The notes beneath the pieces were generated by a model. The model was not told the DNA's origin and made no database searches. It saw only the letters and a program-made list of their open reading frames with translations. A DNA stretch of 63,535 nt, counting the filler, from Octopus bimaculoides (lineage: Eukaryota): NCBI RefSeq assembly GCF_001194135.2. It is 5 parts of 4 records of this genome, joined end to end, with 100 filler letters (N's around TTAATTAATTAA, not from the genome) between each part and the next. Parts side by side here need not be neighbours in the genome. Positions count along the whole stretch, not along the records: positions 48,816 to 61,599 come from NC_069007.1; positions 61,700 to 63,535 come from NW_026335624.1; 3 more parts are not named here. One strand, given 5' to 3'. Positions 55,598 to 63,535 of this stretch are shown in pieces. Position 1 is the first letter of the stretch. Each line of letters starts with the position of its first letter. Both the position numbers and the translations under genes were made by a program.

Positions 55598-55651
55598 GTA
55601 TAAGAAAAATGAGATGGCAAAGGAATAAACGATTATCTTATGAACTTCATT

Positions 55652-55733
55652 AGCTTACAGATGTTTCTGTTATTAGATGCAGTGCACTCATGGTTGAGTG
55701 CCTGAGTAACACCTTATAGCTTCATCAGAGTCT
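55652..55733 (-). ncRNA. Hammerhead-like motif with a 10-nt insertion between the core and helix II
   Basis: Minus strand reads AGACT-CTGATGA-agctataagg-TGTTA ct CAG GCACTCA acca TGAGTGC a CTG catctaa TAACA-GAAA-CA tc TG-TA-AGCT. Helix II is strong, GUA triplet present, helix I weak. Confidence 0.55.
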
Positions 55734-55775
55734 CAAATATGCAGCGCAATTTATTTGGGAAAAGAATTACATTTA

Positions 55776-55920
55776 CGCAGGAGTGGCTTGCTTACCAACC
55801 ACATGGTTCCGAGTCCTACTGCGTGGCACTTTGGGCAAATGTCTTCTACTATAGATAGCCTCGGGCCGACCAAAGCCATATGAGTGGATTTGGTAGACGG
55901 AAACTGAAAGAAGCCCGTCG

Positions 55921-55998
<78 letters not shown>

Positions 55999-56105
55999 TT
56001 TGTTTGTCCCCCACCCGCTGCTTGACAACTGGTGTTGATGTGTTTACATACCCATAACACAGCGGTTCCCACAAGAGATTAATAGAATAAGCGCCAGGCT
56101 TATTC
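55776..56105 (+). mobile_element. tRNA-derived SINE, family B (head, body, internal microsatellite)
   Basis: gcaggagtggc...accaaccacatggttccg...gtggatttggtagacggaaactgaaagaagcccgtcg-(TA)n(TG)n-gtttgtcccc...gcttgacaac. Confidence 0.85.
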
Positions 56106-56795
56106 GTTCAACTAAAATTCTTCAAGGCAGTGACTGAAACAAAAGATTTTTTAGAAAAAGGAAGTCGCTTCTCTGATTTTGTTGTCTTAGTAGATCATGT
56201 GACCAAACTACATGATAATGATCATCATCATCATCATAGTCATGAACTCATGGTGTCCATCCCCCCCTCCACTTCCATTCCACACCAGCTGACCTAGTTC
56301 CCTTTACAACAGCCACAGCATTAACCAGATGATAAATCACTGCAGAATGTGCTATCAACTTACATCTCCTTCACCTCTCCTACCTCTAAAGGTCATGGTC
56401 GGTCAACCGACTAGAAATACCAGCCAAATCACCACTCCTCTCATGTCACTTCATATTATCTTTTTATTTTTTACTTGTTTCAGTCATTGGACTGCAGCCA
56501 TGCTGGGGCACTGCCTTGAAGGGTTTTAGTAAAAAAAAAATTTTTTAAAAAACCGCTCCCGAACTCTTCTTTTTCGTTTTTCAAGTCTAGTAATTATTCT
56601 GTTGGACTCTTTTGCCACTACTAAATTACAGGGACATAAACACACAAACACCAGTTATCAAGTGGTAGCAAGCGACAAACATAAACACACAAACACCAGT
56701 GGCCTAGCATGTATAAAAAGTTAATAGACGACATATTATTCAATATAAAATACTGTACATTTAAACACATAATTATAAGTTAATCTTTGACGGCT

Positions 56796-56866
56796 GGTTA
56801 CTGAAGAGAATTTGCCTAGTAAATTATTTTATTTGCTAAAAGAATTCGAAACCTATAGGTCTAACC
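56796..56866 (+). ncRNA. Type I hammerhead ribozyme, fully canonical core, long helix II
   Basis: GGTTA-CTGAAGA-GAATT(tgcc TAGTAAAT tatttt ATTTGCTA aaag)AATTC-GAAA-CCTATAGG-TC-TAACC. Helix I GGTTA/TAACC, helix II GAATT/AATTC plus an apical 8-bp stem, palindromic helix III, GUC triplet at 56859-56861. Confidence 0.9.
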
Positions 56867-57259
56867 GTGAAAACAAGGTAAAAGTTTTTATTTTTTCATT
56901 CCCTTTGAAATCGCCTGTTATAATTTCTCGTGTTTAAATGTACTCTCTCTCTCTGTATATATATATATACATACACACACATTATATCTATCTCCATACA
57001 CAACTGAGTCTGGGGAATTTTTATTTGTTTTTACTTTTACTAGGCTGATCAACCATGTAAACTAAGTGAAAAACAGTAAATTACTTACAAGCAGGACATG
57101 AATAGGCCTTGTTAAATTCTCTGGAACCATCTTCTTCACAGAAAATATCTGGTAGACATGTTCAGGAATATTAAACTAATTAGAAAGATATTGACAGATT
57201 TGTTCAGGATTATCATAAAATCAAATAAGAGAGCTACTAGTGGATAACTTTATTCTTTT

Positions 57260-57540
57260 TTTTTAAGCTCGATACTTATTCTATCAGTTTCTTTTGCAAA
57301 ACCGCTAAGTTATGGACATCGAAGCATACCAACACTGGTTATCAAACAGTGGTGGCGGTTGGGACAAACAGACACATGATAGGCTTCTTTCAGTTTCCGT
57401 CCACCAAATCAATTCAAAAGGCTTTGGTTGACCTGAGACTATAGTAGAAGACACTTGCCCAAGGTGCCATGAGGTGGGACTGAACCCGGAACCGTTTGAT
57501 TGTGAAGCAAGCTTCTTACCACACAGCTACACCTGCACCT
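57260..57540 (-). mobile_element. SINE family B, diverged copy including the head
   Basis: ctttcagtttccgtccaccaaatc...gggactgaacccggaacc...cttaccacacagctacacctgcacc. Confidence 0.75.
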
Positions 57541-58111
57541 ATATCTAATATAATAAATGTGAAAACTAATTTCTGTGCGTCAGTGTGTCACATTTTGAAC
57601 CGCTCTCTCACTATTCAATGACACTTCCTCGTGCTGGGGTGAGAGTAATAGTAGGCAGAGAGAGGGTGAGGGTAGTGGCAAAGAGAGAGAGAGAAAGAGA
57701 GGGAGAAAAAGAAATAAATTTAGAGAGTTGATGATGGCAATGGGAGTAATAATGAGAGAAAGAGAGAGAGNNNNNNNNNNNNNNNNNNNNNNNNNNNNNN
57801 NNNNNNNNNNNNNNNNNNNNNNNNNNNNNNNNNNNNNNNNNNNNNNNNNNNNNNNNNNNNNNNNNNNNNNNNNNNNNNNNNNNNNNNNNNNNNNNNNNNN
57901 NNNNNNNNNNNNNNNNNNNNNNNNNNNNNNNNNNNNNNNNNNNNNNNNNNNNNNNNNNNNNNNNNNNNNNNNNNNNNNNNNNNNNNNNNNNNNNNNNNNN
58001 NNNNNNNNNNNNNNNNNNNNNNNNNNNNNNNNNNNNNNNNNNNNNNNNNNNNNNNNNNNNNNNNNNNNNNNNNNNNNNNNNNNNNNNNNNNNNNNNNNNN
58101 NNNNNNNNNNN

Positions 58112-58407
58112 CTATAGCCTCGGGCCAACCAAAGCCTTGTGAGTGGATTTGGTAGACGGAAACTGAAAGAAGCCCGTCGTATATATATGTATGTGTTTGT
58201 GTGTCTGTGTTTGTCCCCCCAACATCGCTTGACAACCGATGCTGGTGTGTTTATGTCCCCGTAACTTAGCAGTTCGGCAAAAGAGACCGATAGAATAAGT
58301 ACTGGGCTTCCAAAGAATAAGTCCTGGGGTCGATTTGCTCGACTAAAAGGCGGTGCTCCAGCATGGCCACAGTCAAATGACTGAAACAAGTAAAAGAGTA
58401 AAAAGAG
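58112..58407 (+). mobile_element. SINE family B, body and 3' tail
   Basis: ctatagcctcgggcc...gtagacggaaactgaaagaagcccgtcg...aagaataagtcctggggtcgatttgctcgactaaaaggcggtgctccagcatggccacagtcaaatgactgaaacaagtaaaagagtaaaa. Other copies or fragments at about 39503-39650, 41198-41298, 41490-41680, 42200-42390, 48560-48690 and 51020-51176 (all -). Confidence 0.88.
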
Positions 58408-59739
58408 AGTAATAGGGCACCCTATGGAAGAATTTTATTTTTAGTTGAATTAATTGACGCCAGGACATTTTTTCTCTAAGATCTACCTCAAACCATGATG
58501 TAGTCCAAGATAAGCTGTACTGGAAAAAAAATAAGAGGATAATCTGGAATATGTGTTTAAATGAATGCTCTGTCAGGGTTGACCTTGGGCCAAAAATGTA
58601 ATATCTATATTTACAACTTAGCAACAAGTGAATACAGAGACAGCTATGTGGTCATTTGACCTGCTAGAAACAGTAGCCAATTTTCCCTCAGATCGCATAT
58701 TGTCACAAATAATGATAAAACACATTCGACATGGGTAATCCTAGACAGAACCCCTAAACAAACAAAATGGCCATGGCTGGAATGTCTTGGAACATGAGTT
58801 GGTTTTGTTTTATTACAGTTGACCTGGAGGTCAAAGAACTACAAGAAGGAAAAGTGAAGAAAGAGGAAGAGGAAGAGGGAAGGAAAAAGAAAGAGAAAGT
58901 GGAAAGGAGGAGGAGGAGGTATGACAAAAGGAAAGGGGGGGTAAGGGGAAAGAGGAAAAAAGGTAGAAAGGAGGAAATGAAAGACAGTGGTGGTAGGAGG
59001 GAGTGTGGAGGAGGAACAAGGAAGAGGAGGGGAGCAGAGGATGGGGAGGAGGATCCTGGCTGCTGCACACTAAAGAAATAGAAGAGGGGGAAAAGGAAGG
59101 AAGGAAGGAAGAAGAAAGCCACTCTGATGAGACAGACTTGCAGAGGGGAAGGGTGTGAGGAAGCTTAATATAACCCAAGACAGCATCATATGAGGGCATC
59201 ACCACAGCGACTCCCAGGGGATTGAGGGACTAAAGCAACACAAGGTAAGATTCTAAATAAATAGAAATAATTCAAAAAACAATGAGACATTATTTTCTTT
59301 CAACTGAATCCACAGATAAAGGATACGAGAACAGGAAGTGACCTGAAATTAAGAGAAAAAATAAACCTTGTTAGATAAACATTAAAGTTAATCATTTCAT
59401 AAGCAAACTACATCAGGAACTTGCTTTCTTAGATACTATCTTTAACTTACTTTTAAAGAGCATTCATATAACTATCTCGTTAACTCTCAAGCCCTCTCTA
59501 CACTAAATATATTAACACTAGCTTAATTATATGTCTTACCACATAAATACTTCTCGTCAACTTTTAAATACTCTCCATCATCATCATCAACATTTAATGT
59601 CTGTTTTTCATGCTGGCATGGGGTTGGACTGCTTGACAGGAACTGGCAAGATCAGGGGCCACACCAGCCTGTTTTGGCTTGGTTTCTATAACTGGATGCC
59701 TTTCCAAATGCCAACCACTTTACAAAATGTACTGAGTGC

Positions 59740-60385
59740 CTTTTACGTGGTACCAGCGCCAGTGCTTCTTATGTGGCACCAGCATCTCTTAGATGTCACC
59801 ACCACCACCACTAGTGCTTTTTGTGAGTCACCAGCACTTTCTACGTGGCACCAGCGCTTTTTACAGGTCACAACAACCAGTGCTTTTGACGTGGCACCAG
59901 CACCAGTGCTCTTGGCGTGGCACCACCAGCGTTTTTTTTACGTGGCACCAGCACCAGTGCATTTTATGTGACACCATCACCAGTGCTTTTGACGTGGCAC
60001 CATCACCAGTGTTTTTGACGTGGCACCAGCACCAGTGCTTTTGACGTGGCATCAGCACCAGTGCTTTTGGCGTGGCACCAGCACCAGTGCTTTTGACGTG
60101 GCATCAGCACCAGTGCTTTTGATGTGGCACCAGCACCAGGGTCTTTTACGTGACACCAGAACCAGCGCTTTTTACGTGGCACCAGCACCAGTGCATTTTA
60201 TGTGACACCATCACCAGTGCTTTTGACGTGGCACCAGCACCAGTGCTTTTGACGTGGCATCAGCACCAGTGCTTTTGATGTGGCACCAGCACCAGTGCTT
60301 TTGACGTAGCATCAGCACCAGTGCTTTTGACGTGGCACCACCAGCGTTTTTTACGTGGCACCAGAACCAACACCAATGCTTTTTA
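59740..60385. repeat. 26-bp minisatellite inside a minus-strand family D copy
   Basis: Unit AGTGCTTTTGACGTGGCACCAGCACC; about 20 clean units from 59880 and a few degenerate ones before. No unique spacers. Confidence 0.92.
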
Positions 60386-60467
60386 AGTGACACCTTGGTT
60401 ATATATTAACACTAACGTAACTGTCTATCTCACCACATAATTAATTCTAGTTAATTTTCAATACTGA

Positions 60468-60763
60468 GTGAGTTCGTTGCCAGTACCGCTGGACTGGCTC
60501 CTGTGCAGGTGGCACGTAAAATACGCCATTTCGAGCGTGGCCGTTGCCAGTACCTCCTGACTGGCCTTTGTGCCGGTGGAACGTAAAAGCACCCACCACA
60601 CTCTCGGAGTGGTTGGCGTTAGGAAGGGCATCCAGCTGTAGAAACTCTACCAGATCAGATTGGAGCCTGGTGTAGCCATCCGGTTTCACCAGTCTTCAGT
60701 CAAATCATCCAACCCATGCTAGCGTGGAAAGCGGACGTTAAACGACGACGATGATGATGATGA
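60468..60763 (+). mobile_element. SINE-like or LINE-tail repeat, family D, with (GAT)n tail
   Basis: Two internal units gttgccagtacc...gactggc...gtgcNggtggNacgtaaaa, then ttggcgttaggaagggcatccagctgtagaaa...ccaacccatgctagcgtggaaagcggacgttaaacga(gat)n. Other copies at about 35985-36072, 52660-52890, 54240-54452, 59577-60385 and 61508-61599. Confidence 0.8.
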
Positions 60764-60782
60764 TTATTCTATTACTATTATT

Positions 60783-61050
60783 ATTATTAGTTCATCCATC
60801 ATTGTCGATGATGACCTAGGACATCACATAGGTGAAGAAGACAGGGCGTGGTGTATCCAGTTGTGACCAATCAATCCAATCCACTCTCGGAAGACTCTGC
60901 CACAGGTCTGGCATTGCTGGAACTGAAGACAAGGAGTTGACTCTGGACTTGCTTAGTTCACATTTCCTTTACGCTCCTGCAAACCAATTTTGTTCATAGG
61001 AGGTGACACCTCTGTTGGCGCAGTGTGCCACGCAGGGTGGTCTTATGCTT
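60783..61050 (-). mobile_element. RTE (BovB-like) LINE 3' end
   Basis: Minus strand encodes SYEQNWFAGA*RKCELSKSRVNS, then CQTCGRVFREWIGLIGHNWIH (RTE C-terminal C2H2-like finger), ending gtcatcatcgacaatgatggatgaac plus (TAA)n. Confidence 0.75.
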
Positions 61051-62543
61051 CTATTTCCCAGATGTCTGTCTCATTGCATAATTAATTCTAATTAACTGTT
61101 TAATAGTCCCTATTAAATATATTAACACTATATCAAAACTATATTAAATATATTTAACACTAATTTACCGTATATGCCAGCATGTAAGCTGACACAGAGT
61201 ACAAATCAAGGTGAGTTTTAGAGGCCAAAAGTGTTACTTTTTAATACAACTGGCAGATAAGCCAAGGGAATTGTATAGGAATAACGTATTGATTTCAGAT
61301 TAAGAAACATGAACAAACTTCAACAGAATCTTCAGAAATCATGAATTTATAGTGAAGTAGTTTTTTAATAATTTTTGCTGGTACTTGCGATCTTTTGGGC
61401 AGTAGCATTCTTGTCACTCCAATTAGTTGATTATTGATTTTCTTATACATATAAGATGGAGCACCATGTCATTTATTTTGGATTAAAAAAAAAAAGATTC
61501 TCAAGAACATCATCATCATTTAACATCCGCTTTCCATGCTAGCATGGGTTGGACGATTTGACTGAGGACTGGCGAATCAGATGGCTACACCAGGCTCCAN
61601 NNNNNNNNNNNNNNNNNNNNNNNNNNNNNNNNNNNNNNNNNNNTTAATTAATTAANNNNNNNNNNNNNNNNNNNNNNNNNNNNNNNNNNNNNNNNNNNNA
61701 CACACACTTGCTGACGTTCCCGGTAATATCCGAGAAAGCGGGGCTTACCCCTTGGTTCAGTTCTCATAATTGTTTCGCTAATCCAATAACAACAATAAAA
61801 AGTATGTAACCCTTAAAACGGTTTTTGTGCATTCACAGAGAATACCGAACTGTCTTACACAGGATCTTGTTTTAAGGAATGCTCAATAAGTTATGAATAC
61901 CCACATTATGTATTCAGTTATGTAATAACATGAAATTAAGTTACCCGATAGAAAAAATTCAAATAAAGTAGCCCTGGAAAGGGCTTTAATGCGTTCCCAG
62001 ATTATATAGAACTTAGGAGGAAATACTAATAAGGTATGTATGCTAAACTCGTGAAGCATGTTACGTAATAACAGGCTAATCAGATATGAGATAATAAAAA
62101 TTCAAAGTAAATAACTCTGAAAGAGGCTTTTGTGCATTCAAAGAGAATATTACCCTCAGCGGCGCTAGAGTTGGTATATTCGTGAATAAATCACTAACAA
62201 AAATAAGTGGATCTATTGCTTAGGAAAATACTATTTACTTGTTTAAGTGTTGTTCTGGATAAATTGCGAAAATAACTCTAACAGTTCAAATACTAAGAAA
62301 TAATTGGATTTATACCAAATGATTTAGAAAAAGGAATGGGTTATTTTCCTTGGCTGGTAAAATGAAATATATTAGATATATATAAGGATCCCTTCCAGGG
62401 GCCCTATTATCGATCTTTTCAATAATCTGAGTATGCCACAAGGTTCCCAGACACTCACGTGTCCAGTTTCATCAAAATCGATAAAACAATGTAGGAGGAA
62501 TTAGCTAACACACCCCAGAATTTCCCACATATATAGTATGTAG

Positions 62544-62582
<39 letters not shown>

Positions 62583-63135
62583 NNNNNNNNNNNNNNNNNN
62601 NNNNNNNNNNNNNNNNNNNNNNNNNNNNNNNNNNNNNNNNNNNNNNNNNNNNNNNNNNNNNNNNNNNNNNNNNNNNNNNNNNNNNNNNNNNNNNNNNNNN
62701 NNNNNNNNNNNNNNNNNNNNNNNNNNNNNNNNNNNNNNNNNNNNNNNNNNNNNNNNNNNNNNNNNNNNNNNNNNNNNNNNNNNNNNNNNNNNNNNNNNNN
62801 NNNNNNNNNNNNNNNNNNNNNNNNNNNNNNNNNNNNNNNNNNNNNNNNNNNNNNNNNNNNNNNNNNNNNNNNNNNNNNNNNNNNNNNNNNNNNNNNNNNN
62901 NNNNNNNNNNNNNNNNNNNNNNNNNNNNNNNNNNNNNNNNNNNNNNNNNNNNNNNNNNNNNNNNNNNNNNNNNNNNNNNNNNNNNNNNNNNNNNNNNNNN
63001 NNGCTTTCATGCATGAGATACATCTAAGAGAGTCAACTCTGGACGAACTTGAAATGCTATAGCCTTATGTATAATTCAGTCATTGACTGATTTGTGCTAG
63101 TAGATCGCCCGATCGAGGTAAACAGCAAAGCGTTA

Positions 63136-63246
63136 GAAGAAGAAGAAGAAGAAGACGAAGAAGAAGAAGAAGAAGAAGAAGAAGAAGAAGAAGAAGAAGA
63201 AGAAGAAGAAGAAGAAGAAGAAGAAGAAGAAGAAGAAGAAGAAGAA
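63136..63246. repeat. (GAA)n microsatellite
   Basis: About 37 units with one GAC interruption. Confidence 0.98.
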
Positions 63247-63426
63247 GGTAGACAGAAAAACAAGGAAAATGATAAGAGGATTTTAAGATGCACCACCAAA
63301 GATCTGACATAGAACGGTTGTATATATAACGTATCGAAGGTGGTAGATGCTCTATACAACTAGAAAACTATTACAAAATAACCACCATAGGACTACAAAA
63401 CTATCTACTTCCAGAAGCAAGGAAAA
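63247..63426 (+). mobile_element. R4/Dong-like reverse transcriptase C-terminal fragment, disrupted
   Basis: DRKTRKM, then after a frameshift HHQRSDIERLYI*RIEGGRCSIQLENYYKITTIGLQNYL. Starts at the end of a (GAA)n tract. Confidence 0.75.
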
Positions 63427-63492
63427 CTAATACAAATAACCACAAAACACGAACAAAATATAAAAAGCTGTTTTCTGTCTTTAAGGAAGCTG

Positions 63493-63535
<43 letters not shown>

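Noticed and set aside
58767-59120. Lys/Glu/Arg-rich 104-aa ORF
   Set aside because: Purine-rich low-complexity DNA with no splice or homology support.
59740-60385. CRISPR-like appearance of the regular short repeats
   Set aside because: Units are directly adjacent with no unique spacers, the context is eukaryotic, there are no cas genes, and the unit derives from family D.
60480-60625. Twister-ribozyme-like look of GCCGGT...CGTAAAA...GGAGTGG in family D
   Set aside because: I could not place the conserved UAA loop, the CAAGC segment or the two pseudoknots; the resemblance is superficial pending an Infernal search.

Overview
AT-rich, gap-riddled eukaryotic scaffold: many N runs, microsatellites throughout, four artificial TTAATTAATTAA linkers, and no long genuine ORF (most of the ORF track is microsatellite or N artefact). 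The repeat landscape (several tRNA-derived SINE families plus RTE, R4/Dong, Tc1, hAT and Penelope-like remnants) resembles a coleoid cephalopod, probably Octopus; this is inference, not a search result. Only scattered short candidate exons of unidentified genes are visible. The main signal is a set of type I hammerhead ribozyme (HHR) motifs from at least five mutually dissimilar families: 10981-11039 (-), 34435-34496 and 55406-55468 (+, one family with compensatory changes), 56796-56866 (+, fully canonical), 55652-55733 (-, 10-nt core insertion) and 41758-41793 (-, minimal A6U variant). Several sit in direct- or inverted-repeat units typical of Penelope-like element (PLE) pseudo-LTRs or retrozymes, and a PLE-type GIY-YIG fragment is in the same window. 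Also present: a U6 pseudogene abutting a SINE 5' end, a 26-bp minisatellite grown inside a SINE-like repeat, an intact hAT MITE with an 8-bp TSD, and a CpG-rich CRE/ETS promoter-like segment. All folds and alignments were done by eye.
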